Program-made: the position numbers and the translations under genes
Shown here: piece after piece, positions 43,321-54,142 of the stretch
How the letters are laid out: every line of letters begins with the position of its first letter
How positions within the stretch are numbered: the stretch's first letter is position 1
Notes under the pieces: model-generated
The model's database searches: none
What the model was told of the DNA's origin: nothing
What the model saw: only the letters and a program-made list of their open reading frames with translations
Source of the DNA: Diplonema japonicum
Taxonomy: Eukaryota > Protista > Euglenozoa: Diplonemea
Assembly (NCBI GenBank): GCA_964019335.1
Contig: OZ025762.1
Coordinates: 126,740-190,739 of the forward strand
Length of the DNA stretch: 64,000 nt
Reading direction: 5' to 3'

Positions 43321-44767
43321 TATATGAGTTAAAGGAAGTCTTTGTGAGACGCCCCCTTGTTCTCATCTTCTACCTGCACCTATCCCCTTTCAGCAGCGGT
43401 TTCTCCTCCTTTGGTGGTCTTGCCGGCCTTCTCCCCAGCCTGGCCGCTCTTTCTCTTCGTTCTCTCGCCCATTGTCCTTTCAACGCCTCTAGGTCATGCT
43501 TGGTCTTCGGTGATGCAAATATCGCCCTCCTGTTCCATCCGATCACCGCCTTTGTCCTCCCGATGGATCGTAGTGTGTGCACCCTTGTGCTCGGCTCAGC
43601 TGGGAAGGCCCTCCTTCCTTTCACCTTCTTCAGTACCCTCCCTAGCTCCCATGTGTGCCAGATCTTCTTCATCAATCCATGCAATCTCCTCGCTTTCTGC
43701 TGTACTTCTGCGAGATCCCCCAGCTTCCCTCCAAGGGTCTTCCCGGTCACGTTCTCGAAATCCAGTGCCAGCTCCACCGTCGACACTGACGTGTTCCTGC
43801 TGCCTGCATACCAGCGCAGTTGCCGCATCCACCTCAGCACCTCCTTCGTGTACTCCCGTAGGACATCCCCTGCCGGTAGCTTGCCGAAGTCCTTGTCCGA
43901 CGGTACTGGGTGTTCTTGACCTTGTGTGATCTCCAGCCACTGGTGTGCGTGGTACACCTCCTGCCTCTTCGCTTGTAGGGCTGCGTCCCGCTCCCCCACC
44001 ACCGCCAGCAGGTACCTCTGCGTTCCTTCGAGCCTTTCCCTGACATCCTTCCCTGCTCCCCTTGGCAGGATGCCATGCAGCTTCGTACACGGTTCCAGCC
44101 CCCTGCGCGTCATGCCTTCGTGTTCTTCCCGCTGTTGCACTTCCTTGGCCTTTTCGCACTCCCACAGTGCGTGCTCCAGCATGCTGGGCAGCTGTTGCTC
44201 CTGACCGCAGATGTCGCAGTGTGCCGTCGTGGGTTCGGCCTGCTTAGCTTCTTGCTTCCTCGCCTCCGCAATCAGCCACTTTTCGGTGTCCTGTCCTTCC
44301 TCTTCTTCTTCTTCTTGTTCATCTTCAGCCTCGCCTTCATCCTCGTCTTCTTCTCCTTCCGCCATCGGGATGTGCTCCACCGTGTCCGTGCGCCATCCCC
44401 GTGGGTTGATGTAGAACACTGCCCCCGAGATGATCCTTCGCACGTCCCTTGCTGCAATCGGGTCCGTCACCACCAGCTTCCTCCACAGCGCGTTGGTCTC
44501 TGCTGCTGCCGCAGCTTCCATGCCCCCCATGGTGCTCCGTTTGCTCATGATTTCCTGTGCTTCCGCCCGCCTGAGTCGGTCCCTGATGTAGTGCTTGTAG
44601 GGCTCCTTTTCCAGTGCGTGGGTGTCCTTCAGCTGTGCCCAGCTTAACTTGATCTGAGGCAGCCACCTTTCCATCATGATGCCCACCGGTCCCAGCGGTA
44701 TCTTCTTCCCGCTGTACCGTTTGGCAATGGCGTCGCAGCGTGTCCACAGCTTGTCGTCCTTCTTGCA
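43321..44767 (-). mobile_element. Non-LTR retrotransposon family A, 1.45-kb 3' fragment with open frame
   Basis: ORF 43370-44767 is homologous to the post-RT region of 59729-63574 (GPVG..RWLP, RRIISGAV, CDIC..H.LWEC). Flanked by an A-rich, duplication-like target. Confidence 0.92.
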
Positions 44768-44779
44768 GAAAGAAAAAAC

Positions 44780-44984
44780 AAAAAAAGATTGTCTCGATTT
44801 TAGTGGTGCCATGCAGTGGTGGCAAAAGAAAAAAGAAAAACACACCCCTTATTATTAATTGGCCTTTCCATCTCAAAATCTCATTTTAGATAAAGCACTG
44901 CAGGGGGGAGAGGGAGGGAGGGGTAGGGAACAAACAAGGACGCTTTTCTTTTTTTTACGTCTCTTTTCTGGCGACCTTGACCTC
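44780..44984. repeat. Duplicate of the last codons and 3' flank of the 45392-48139 gene
   Basis: Matches ~45184-45422. 43267-43320 matches ~45130-45189, so this duplicate carries the family A insertion. Confidence 0.9.
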
Positions 44985-45391
44985 AGAAAAAGAAAAGAGA
45001 AAACAAAAAACTAGTTTGGCGCTTTCATTTGTTTTGTGCGCACGAGCGAAATTTTACCTGCCATCAACTAGTTTTTAGTCTCGACAAAAATATTGTTAAC
45101 ACAAAAAGAAACATGGGGATCATTAATGTAAGCTAAAGAAAAAAAAACGAATGGGGGGGGGGGGTGTAAAAGAAAAAAGAAAAAAAAAAGATTGTCTCGA
45201 TTTTAGTGGTGCCATGCAGTGGTGGCAAAAGAAAAAAAAGGAAAACACACCCCTTATTATTCTTTTTTTCTTTTCTTCTTCTTTCTCCTTTCCATCTCAA
45301 CATCTCATTTTAGATAAAGCACTGCAGGGGGAAGAGGGAGGGAGGGAGGGGGGGGGGGGGTAGGGAAAAAACAAAGACGCTTTTCTTTTTT

Positions 45392-48139
45392 TTACATCTC
45401 TTTTCTGGCGACCTTGACCTCAACATCCTTCATGCTGCCCTTGAAGAGAGTGGGGGAGAAGGAGGCAAGGGCAGGACGCAGGTCCTCAAAAACCATATCT
45501 GTAGCCGCCTCGTTGCGAAGGGAGGATGCGAGAATGAGGGTAGAGCGCTCCACATGGTCTATGGGGTTCTTGTCGTCCTTCACAACAGTGTCAAGGAGCG
45601 TGCGCTCGAAGCGGTGCGTCGCAGTGAACAAGGTGTGCACCTCGCACTCCAGGGGCAGCGTGCCGGATTTCGTAAGTGCATCTAACAAGCCGAACGCATG
45701 CTCCTGCTCGTCTTTTCTGTTTTCTTTAGTTAGATACTTCTTCACCGCTTTCGCTAAGATGTCCTCCTTGCTCTCCTTCGTCCACTCCTCCCCGACAGAC
45801 ACTGTTGTTGGCTTCACCGCCGCCTCCTCGTCATGTTTTTTAAGTGATGTTTCAAACACAAACGGTAGGTCCGACAGGCGGTCTGACGCATCGCTCCGAC
45901 GTGAGGGGGGGTTCGATGCCCCTTCAGGTTTTGCCGATGAGCCCATGGTTGTTTCGGTGGAGGTGTGGGAAGGGGGAGGTCCGGCAGGTGCTGCCTGTGG
46001 CATCGCATCAGCCTGAACACTCGCCTCCATCACCTCAGCATGCGAGGCGTCATAGGAGCTTGCCTTAGCATAAGCAGTATCCATGCCCCAAGCACCTTTC
46101 CTCCTCCTTATCTCAGGTCGTGGCATGGGGGGCTCCATCCTTCCCTCGTCTTCAGCGATGTCGTGCCTGTACTCGCGCTCCTTCTTCTTCTTGTCCAGAG
46201 ACTTGTTGGTGATTCTGTCGATCATCTCGTTCATCCCATCGACGTGTGCCCTCACAGCGTCCACCCTCTGCTTCGGGCTGAGCCCCTCCCCGTCCATGCT
46301 CGGCTCGTACGACAGGAGGTCCGCCGAGATGTCGTGCTTCATGAAGAGCTCCAGGACCTCCTGAGTGAGGCGAGTCTCCTTCGTCAGCGTGTCGGTAGGG
46401 ACGTTCAGAAGACGCTCCAGCTGCGGCTTCACCTGGATCAGCACAACGCTAAGGAGCGACCCTGCGAGCTGCATCCGGCGGTAGGCCTTCGCGAAGCGCT
46501 GCTGGTTCGGGGACAGCGACGCGATGTGGTCCTCGAACTCCTTCGGTGCGGGGAGAACCTTCAGCAGTACCTCCACGTCCAGCTTGTCGCCGTTCCTCAA
46601 CACGATGGCGTCCGACGGGAGCAGGCTTGCACCCTCCCCTTGCTTGCACAGAACCATGATGTAGGTGGAGAACTGTCGTGCCCTTGCGGTCAGGCGTACC
46701 CTCGCGGGCTCCCCCCCGAACACGTACGACATCCAGCCGTGCACCACACGCTTCGTCGCGTTCAGCGAGATCGTGTTCGCCGCGTCCAAATCCATCCTCA
46801 GCTCTGCACCAGGAAGACTGCTCTGAAGCGCCTGCACGGGTTCCCCTCCAGCCGTTGTGAACAGCCCGACGCTCCCCTCAGGTGCCTGCGTCGCCCCGCG
46901 CCGAACAGACACCACGAGCGGCTTCGGGGACACCCTCTCCACGAACAGCCTCTTGTTGTGCCGCACCATGTACTTGTTGAAGTCCGCCTCCGTCACCTCC
47001 TCACCGATCGCCGCCACAAGCTGCCTCCGAAGCATCCCCTCGATGTCCGCTACCCCGCTCCCGAACGCCGTGCTCAGGCGCCTCAGGTGCCTCGCAAGGA
47101 ACATCACCCTCCCGAGGTCCGCCGTCACTAGGTTCTTATCAGGAAGCTTCGCCGAAATGTCCAGCAGCTCGTCCGACAGCATCGTCTTGTGCCTTGCCAT
47201 CAGCTCCCTCCCCGTCTCCTGGCTCAGAACCCTGCCCCCATCCAGCACAGGTACAGCGGGAATCAGCACATTGTTCTTCATGAACCCCAGACCAACTTTG
47301 TCACGGCCAGCCCCCTCTTCTGTGTCTGCATGGTTGCCGGCTTCGAGCTGCACCGAGAAGACTTGCATCAAACCGCGCTCTACGTCACGTCCCCACCTCG
47401 CCATCTCGCGCGTTTCCTCCAACACCCTGTCCATGACGGGGTTGCGTCTGGGTGTGAAGCACCTCTTGTCCGTTCTGTCGATTGAGAAGTGCACCTCAGA
47501 AAGGTTTTTCCCAATAGGTTCGAAGATCCAGTCGACAGTGGTTTCGGCCGTGCTCGGGGAGTGCACAGTGGGGAAAGGGGCGTCTTCCGTCAGAGTCTTG
47601 TACACCATGCTCGCTCGAGAGGAGTGCAGCTCCTTCAGGACAAGGGGCCTTTCCCCAGCCTCCGTTACCAGGACTACCCTTGCATCAACTTCATACCTCC
47701 AGAACCACTCGTCCACCGTTGTGGAGAGGCGCATGATGTATCCAAGGGAGGTCGAGTCGCGCTTGTCCTTCACCTCCCTTGAGCGCTTCTCGATGAAGTT
47801 GCACTTCTTCGTCACATCGAAGCGCAGCGTCACCTTGCTGTCCATCACCGCCTTGTGAACTGCTGGTACGTCCTCCTCCTTCAGCCCCAAGGCCAGCAGT
47901 GTCTGCAGCATCGTGGTCCCCGTCATGGAGCCAAGGTACTCCGCCAGCTGGTACTTGTCGGTGTAGGTGTGCCCCGCGTCCCCTGCGTACACTGGGTTCC
48001 TGTTCTTCCCGAGTACCTTCTTCACCGCCTCGAGAGAGCGGGCTGTCACGTCGTCCAGCTCATGGTCAGCGATGTGGGTAGCACAGCAACCTACCGCAAG
48101 CAGGAGCAGCACACAGACTGCAGTGGCTGAAACACGCAT
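45392..48139 (-). CDS. Conserved hypothetical protein with signal peptide
   Basis: Start at MRVSATAV, ~915 aa, strong coding bias. The block ARARQFS...SLSPNQQRFAKAYRRMQL...QVKPQLERLL looks conserved. No function assigned. Confidence 0.85.
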   Translation of the reverse strand: MRVSATAVCVLLLLAVGCCATHIADHELDDVTARSLEAVKKVLGKNRNPVYAGDAGHTYTDKYQLAEYLGSMTGTTMLQTLLALGLKEEDVPAVHKAVMDSKVTLRFDVTKKCNFIEKRSREVKDKRDSTSLGYIMRLSTTVDEWFWRYEVDARVVLVTEAGERPLVLKELHSSRASMVYKTLTEDAPFPTVHSPSTAETTVDWIFEPIGKNLSEVHFSIDRTDKRCFTPRRNPVMDRVLEETREMARWGRDVERGLMQVFSVQLEAGNHADTEEGAGRDKVGLGFMKNNVLIPAVPVLDGGRVLSQETGRELMARHKTMLSDELLDISAKLPDKNLVTADLGRVMFLARHLRRLSTAFGSGVADIEGMLRRQLVAAIGEEVTEADFNKYMVRHNKRLFVERVSPKPLVVSVRRGATQAPEGSVGLFTTAGGEPVQALQSSLPGAELRMDLDAANTISLNATKRVVHGWMSYVFGGEPARVRLTARARQFSTYIMVLCKQGEGASLLPSDAIVLRNGDKLDVEVLLKVLPAPKEFEDHIASLSPNQQRFAKAYRRMQLAGSLLSVVLIQVKPQLERLLNVPTDTLTKETRLTQEVLELFMKHDISADLLSYEPSMDGEGLSPKQRVDAVRAHVDGMNEMIDRITNKSLDKKKKEREYRHDIAEDEGRMEPPMPRPEIRRRKGAWGMDTAYAKASSYDASHAEVMEASVQADAMPQAAPAGPPPSHTSTETTMGSSAKPEGASNPPSRRSDASDRLSDLPFVFETSLKKHDEEAAVKPTTVSVGEEWTKESKEDILAKAVKKYLTKENRKDEQEHAFGLLDALTKSGTLPLECEVHTLFTATHRFERTLLDTVVKDDKNPIDHVERSTLILASSLRNEAATDMVFEDLRPALASFSPTLFKGSMKDVEVKVARKEM

Positions 48140-48203
48140 GGTCTCCTTTTTCCTGTGGATGGTTATGGCTGAGGAGAGTGTATGAGAAAATACAAATAAA
48201 AAA

Positions 48204-48770
48204 CTCAAAGTACAGGACAAGCCCCCGCTACCTATGGGAGTGGGGTCTATCTGTTAATACTTGCTTTCATCCCGATCGAGGCCGTGAGCGTCATGCGGAG
48301 TCGAGTGATGCGGTCCCGCTTGTAGGCGGCTTTCAATTCCATCAGCTTGACATGCGTAGGTTGGGTGGCGAAAATGGGCCTCCTGGAGAAGCCAATTGCT
48401 GCCTTACCTCCAATGGCGATGAGGGACTTTACTCTTTTCTGTTCGTCCGCTGGGAAAGGGCGTCGCTTCTTCCGTGCCCTGCACTCTGCGTTTATCTTTA
48501 CGATTAGGGCCTTGATTCTGCGTGCCCTATCTTCCAGTAGGCCTCCCAATGAAAAATACCGGTCGTCCATTCGAAGTCAATGGCCAGCTCCACCGCCTCT
48601 CCACCCAGCGCAGCTTCAGGTACTTGGACACGACCCCACCCACACCTTCGAGCTCGCCAGCTGTTGGACGGGGCACCTCTTTCCCTACTACATTTCGTAC
48701 CCACGGTAGCGGCAGTGTGTTGACGTCCTCCTTGCATGAACTCTACGTCCCGCTTCTCTACCAAACCACC
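48204..48770 (-). mobile_element. Non-LTR retrotransposon family B2, frameshifted 3' fragment
   Basis: VELAIDFEWT and RVKSLIAIGGKAAIGFSRRPIFA match the C-terminus of the 59729-63574 element (RVKSLMAIGGKAAIGFARRPIFA). Confidence 0.88.
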
Positions 48771-49040
48771 AAAAAAAGAAAAAGAGATGAGATAAAGGAG
48801 GTTCCTGTTTGGAACGTCCCCCTTGTCTCTACTTTAAAAAAGAAAAGGAGTGAGAGGAAAAAGAATTCCGGAAGGAAAAAAAGTTAGATAGGGCCGCTGC
48901 TCTCGAGAGATTATTGCTGTCCAAAAAGATTACCCCACCCGAAAGAAATAGTGAATCTCTCTAAAAAGAAAAGAGTATTTTCTCGCTTGGATATTTCTAT
49001 CAATGTTTTCTTCTTTTCTTTTCTTTTTTTTTTCTTCGTC

Positions 49041-50174
49041 TCACAACGTCGCGCCCTTTGACAGCAACATCGCCACACCTTTATCGTCGTTCTTTTCCTC
49101 GCACAACCGAAGCGCTGTTGCGCCCGCCGTGTCCTTTGCGTTGACATCGGCCCCGTTCTCCAGCAGAAGGGACATGATTTGTACCACTCCTGCTCTGTTC
49201 CAATAACCAGCCACATAGTGTAATGGAGTCTTCCCCTTGTTGTCCCTCGCATCGATATCAGCACCGTTTGCCAGAAGCTGCAACGGGCTGTCCATCTCCT
49301 CACGCCTAACGTTCCTGCAGATCCTGTTTACGTCATGGTGCAACGCTGTAGCTCCATTGGCATCCCTCGCACCCACGTCAGCCCCGTGTGCTAGCAGGAT
49401 TGCGGCTGTTGCTTTGGCTGAACGAAAAAGCGGTTTTCCTTCCACCGAGTCCGCATTTACATCAGCTCCGTACTTAATAAGAAGAGTCACAACATCACTA
49501 GCGAAGCCCGGGTCTGCATTACCATTTGCGTCTTGAGTGTACGACCGGCCGTTACAGCTGAGTAATGCTACAATGTGAAGCACGGTGAAGCCGTTCATGC
49601 GATAGTTCACATCAACTGACGTGTATTTCAGACACAATTGCACGACGCGGATTAAACCGGCTTTTGCAGCGTACGTAAGGGTGCTTCCCAGGAATTCTTT
49701 TGATTCTTTTATTTCGTTCGCGCTGTCCGTCACAAGAAGAAGGACGAGAATCTCTACGAACCTCTTGTCCATACTCCTGCGCTCATGTGCATGCATTCGC
49801 CATTGTACGCTGACTAGACTGCTAACCATGTCATGGCAATACTTTTTACATAAACTCTCGTTGCTCTCATTCATTCTCAAGTAGCCCAGCCTGGCCAGCC
49901 GATTGAGTGGTTTGTGCTTTTCAGACAGAAGCACTTCTACCACGCTTTGGTCCTCGAAGGGATGCTCCCCCACCAGCCCTGCTCCCGGTATCAACTCCCC
50001 TTCAAAACGGAGGGTGATTCTGTTCGCCGAGAGCCCCGTCAATGTTGCGACTCTCTTTTTCAGTGTTGATATAGTTTCGTCCGGCCTTGCTTCCACTTCG
50101 ACCGTCTCCTTGCTCGGAAGTGCCATCAGAAGGGAAACATATCCTTGAGAACCCAAAGAATCGGTACCCAGCAT
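49041..50174 (-). CDS. UBL + ankyrin-repeat protein
   Basis: UBL (TISTLKKRV...LRFEGELI..HPFEDQS) and ankyrins (GADIDARDNKGKTPLHY, GADVNAKDTAGATAL). Confidence 0.9.
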   Translation of the reverse strand: MLGTDSLGSQGYVSLLMALPSKETVEVEARPDETISTLKKRVATLTGLSANRITLRFEGELIPGAGLVGEHPFEDQSVVEVLLSEKHKPLNRLARLGYLRMNESNESLCKKYCHDMVSSLVSVQWRMHAHERRSMDKRFVEILVLLLVTDSANEIKESKEFLGSTLTYAAKAGLIRVVQLCLKYTSVDVNYRMNGFTVLHIVALLSCNGRSYTQDANGNADPGFASDVVTLLIKYGADVNADSVEGKPLFRSAKATAAILLAHGADVGARDANGATALHHDVNRICRNVRREEMDSPLQLLANGADIDARDNKGKTPLHYVAGYWNRAGVVQIMSLLLENGADVNAKDTAGATALRLCEEKNDDKGVAMLLSKGATL

Positions 50175-50270
50175 TTTTTTTTTTCTTTTTTCTTTTCTTT
50201 TTTGAAAAAAGTATCTTTAGTGGGCAAAAGAAAAGGGAAAAAAAAAAAAAAGTAGGCGTTTTTAAAATTC

Positions 50271-52259
50271 CTAAGGCGTGTTTTCTTCTAAAGCTGCTTC
50301 GATGGCAGATTTATAGTCGCCGAGCCCAGCAGGGCTGGTCCCGAGGTACTCACGTAGCGCGGCTTCGTAGGACACACCGCATCGCAGTGTCCGTGCGGAA
50401 CGGAGGAGGTGAACGTGGTGCGAGGGAGAGACAGAAGGAAGCAGGGAAATGACATGCAACACAACGGGTGTCGAGATGCTGGTAACATGGGAGAGACGAG
50501 CAATGGAGTTGAGCAAACCGGATGCTTGTGGGGTGGATGTCGTGGGCAAAACACGACGCAAGTGCTTGTCCAAAGCACAAATCATCTCGCTCGGCGCAGA
50601 GGCAGCGCTGCCCCGTTTCGAGTAGCACCACAGCAAAGTACACACCGTGTTGGCATCAAACTGCTGCATCGCAGCCTCGCTGGTTATGAACCGAACGCAG
50701 TCTTCGTAAAATGTATTCCTAATAACGCTCATACTGCATAACCCGCGGCCTATCATGGCTACATGTTGAATAGTAACGTCACGATGTCCATCGACTACAA
50801 ACCGTCCGTAAACCTCGCCCAGCCGGTGGTTTAATTTACTGTTTTTGCATCGGGTGTGAGAGTTCACCCACACGATCTTGGCGATGGACTTTACGTCTGA
50901 GTTGTGAATGATTCGCATGCACGTCTCCTCGCGGGTCTTGTTGCTTATCTCGACCGAGGTTTTCGCAGCTGCCCACAGAAGTGTTGCGCTGTCCGATGCC
51001 TTCCCCACGGAACAGAAACCTTCTTTCGACAGTATAGTTCTAATAAACCTCGGAGGGATGTTCAGCTTCGCGACCGCCCATGATATTCTCGAAGCAGTTT
51101 TCAGGTCTGTTTTTGTGATTGCGGTTTGCGATGATGCGGAGGCTTCGAGGATACGGAGCAGCTCTTCGTTCCGTCCGAAAAACGGAATCTGACACGCAGA
51201 CCAAAGTAAGCTCGCGACCGACGAAGGAGCCAGCGTCACAGCGAGGCTCGGGCCGATGAGACAGATCGACATCTTACGAAACAGCTCTTTATTGCTGTAT
51301 TTTATTGAGGCGCAAGACCACAGAATTGTGGCGAGCTGTGCACCAGAACAACACGACAGGAGCGTTTCATCAGACAGCATGGAATGAAAAAGCCTTTCTC
51401 TTTTATTACGATCGATGGCTACATGGAGCCTCGCCATTCCTGATGACACAGAGCACACCTCGCGTGCTGACAGGCGTTCTGTTTTGAGGTTCGAGAAGAT
51501 GTCGGGATGGGGGGCCATTCGAAGCTTACCAGAGACGCATATAAAATCCGCAATATTCCCAACTCGAACCCTCCCTGACAGAATACTCTTATTGACATAT
51601 CTGTGCATGTCTGATACAAATTCCGACAGTTTTTCCTGTGCGTTGGTGTTGACGATGGCAGACATCACTTCCGTGATTTCAGAAACATGTAATTTGTTCT
51701 GTTTGAACCGTTTGTACAGAATCTTCAGAATTGTTTTGAACAGGAAGATGTCGTTGTTGGTCCCGAGCAACGATGTTTGCGACGCCAGGCGTATCAACAT
51801 TTTAACAGGCGGTCTTTCTAAAGCTTCGTTGGGGTGGGATGAGAGCGTGGTTTTGAGATTGTACAGAAACGGCGGAGAGGCTCGCATGTCACCGCACGCT
51901 AGTATGATAGCAAGCATGTCTCGGTAGGAACACGGTGTTACAGATTTAATTGACAAGAGAAATGATTTCGGGGTTTGTGACACCGCTGCGAAGCTGCGGA
52001 GCGCGCTTGCTATCATAGGAGCCTTGTGGCCTTTCCATCGGCTTGCCGTCTTATTCAGTTTTACGTCCAGCTCTCTAGCCATTTCCTGTTCTAAGTAACC
52101 TGTTCGTTCGCATGCTGAGACGCATGACACAACCTCCGCGAAGTTCAGCTCAACCCTCTCCAGGGCTTTTCCGTTTCTGTGGGTCATCCGCGATGCCAAC
52201 ACCGCTTTGGCTATTTGATCACTTGGTTTCGCTTGTCTTATAAGCTTTTTTATGTCCAT
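50271..52259 (-). CDS. Helical-repeat protein, FASTK/RAP/OPR-like (putative RNA-binding)
   Basis: Start at MDIKKL. Repeated ~38-aa units with LATILWSCASI, VASLLWSACQI, ISWAVAKL, LLWAAAK and LLWCYSK. Confidence 0.65.
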   Translation of the reverse strand: MDIKKLIRQAKPSDQIAKAVLASRMTHRNGKALERVELNFAEVVSCVSACERTGYLEQEMARELDVKLNKTASRWKGHKAPMIASALRSFAAVSQTPKSFLLSIKSVTPCSYRDMLAIILACGDMRASPPFLYNLKTTLSSHPNEALERPPVKMLIRLASQTSLLGTNNDIFLFKTILKILYKRFKQNKLHVSEITEVMSAIVNTNAQEKLSEFVSDMHRYVNKSILSGRVRVGNIADFICVSGKLRMAPHPDIFSNLKTERLSAREVCSVSSGMARLHVAIDRNKRERLFHSMLSDETLLSCCSGAQLATILWSCASIKYSNKELFRKMSICLIGPSLAVTLAPSSVASLLWSACQIPFFGRNEELLRILEASASSQTAITKTDLKTASRISWAVAKLNIPPRFIRTILSKEGFCSVGKASDSATLLWAAAKTSVEISNKTREETCMRIIHNSDVKSIAKIVWVNSHTRCKNSKLNHRLGEVYGRFVVDGHRDVTIQHVAMIGRGLCSMSVIRNTFYEDCVRFITSEAAMQQFDANTVCTLLWCYSKRGSAASAPSEMICALDKHLRRVLPTTSTPQASGLLNSIARLSHVTSISTPVVLHVISLLPSVSPSHHVHLLRSARTLRCGVSYEAALREYLGTSPAGLGDYKSAIEAALEENTP

Positions 52260-52779
52260 TTTATTTTTTTTTTTTCTTTTTTGATGAAACAGGAAAAAAA
52301 ATAGATTTTTTTTTTTTTTGAAGAGGAAAAGAAAAAAAAAAAAGGGGGGTGGGGGAAAAAGACCAAAGGACGGGGAAAGGTGCAAAGGAAAATAAAAAAA
52401 ATGGAAAAAAAGAAAATCTGATTTTCTTTTTTTTATTCCCTTCAGATTTTCTGTTTTCTTTTTTTTTCTTTTTTTCTTTCTGTAACGGGTGCCCGACGGA
52501 GAGACAAGAATAAGGCAACCCTTTGGCCGGTTGTCATGTCAGCTATTGCATTGCCAAGTGACAGAGCAGCTGTCACCCAGGGGCAACATTGGGAGCCGTT
52601 TGACTGTGTGTCTCCTTGACGTTAAAAGATCAACTCTTTTTTTTCCTCTATTTCCCTTTTCTTTCTTCCTTTCTTTTTTTTCTTTTTCTCATAGGATGGT
52701 TGGAAAAAGGAAAAAAAAAAAGAAAAGTACAGGAAAAGCCAGGAGTAAGAATAGGCTAGGGAACAACTATTATAAAATA

Positions 52780-53376
52780 AGTTGACCTCCTTTTTTTTTC
52801 TTTCTTTTTTTTTTTAAAAAAAAAAGGAGCTGTGTTTCAAAAAAAAAAAAAAAGAAATATGTGCGAAACGTGAGTTTAAAAGAAAAAGTAAAGTAGAACC
52901 AAAAATCAAAAGAAAAAAACCCGTAAAACCAAATCTTCATTCGTTAAAAAAAAAAATGGGTCATTTAGCTACACTTTTTTTTTTTTTTTTTTCTTTTTTG
53001 CGCGAACATCAAGATTTAATTTACAGTTCATTGAAAGGGCAAATAATTCATTAAAATTAACCACGAAAGCCTAACCATCTCATGGATTTTATTCTTTTTT
53101 TTTTTTTTTTTTTTTTTTTTATTATTTTATTTATTTTAAGTTTTCTTATCAGTATAGAAAGCACCAAGTGGGCAGGAACAAAAAAAAAAAGAAAATAAAA
53201 AAACAAAAAAACCTGTGTTCATAGAAAGGGAGACAAGTTGTGACAAGTATTCACATCCTTTTTTTTTTTTTTTTTTTTTTTTTTGGATGAGATTGAAGAA
53301 AAAGAGAGAGAGAGAGAGAAAACGTTGGCCACTAATGCGTGCAAGGGGGGGAGGTCTTGAGTCTGTGAATTATTGC

Positions 53377-53407
<31 letters not shown>

Positions 53408-54125
53408 ACCATTATAATATAATATGCGGTAAGGCTCGAATTTTAACCACCAATAATAGGTTTTTTTTTTCTTCTTCTTCTTTCTTTTTTGTTTTTTTTT
53501 TTTTTTCTTTTTTGCGGAAAAAAAGAAAGTAGCTAAGACCAGAGGTTCTGCCGCAAAGAATATAGAGAGCAAAAAAAAAAAAAAAAAAAAAAAAATTAGA
53601 GGGGGCAGAAATATGTCCTTCCTTTCTTTTTTCTTTTTCCCATCTCCTCCCTTTTTTTTGTTTTACCATTTACCATTGTTTAGAATATATTCTAAGAGAG
53701 CTAAGAGGTTAAAAAAAACAAAAAAAAGGGGGGGGAAAGAAGAAAAAAAAGAGAACAAAAAGAGGTGGTGATACGTCCTTAGTGCACTAAGAAGTTGTTA
53801 TTTATCTTCTTGTTTTGTGCAGTGCCGAATCCCAACTCTTTTTTTTTTTCTCTTTTCTTTTTCTTTTTTTCTTTCTTGTTCAAGCAACACACAGGGAAAA
53901 CAAAAAAAAAACAAGAAATTTGAAAAGAAATTAAAGGGAGGGGGTGCGAAAAGGAGTCGCTTTTTTTTTTTCTTCTTCTTTCTTTTTTCTTTCTTTTCCT
54001 CTTCTAAATCAAACCAGAGCAAAAAAAAAAAAAAAAAAAAAAGAAGTTCTTTCTAGAAAAAAAAAAATAAAAATAAAAAGCAATTGTCCTTTTGTATGAA
54101 AAAAAAAAAAAAAAGAAAAAAGAGG
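52780..54125. repeat. Low-complexity poly(A)/poly(T) intergenic region
   Basis: Dominated by homopolymer runs. The ORFs here are K/F-rich artefacts. Confidence 0.9.
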
Positions 54126-54142
54126 AAATCTCATCATCATCA

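Noticed and set aside
45965-47858. Plus-strand ORFs of 388 and 333 aa
   Set aside because: Antisense shadows of the GC-rich 45392-48139 gene.
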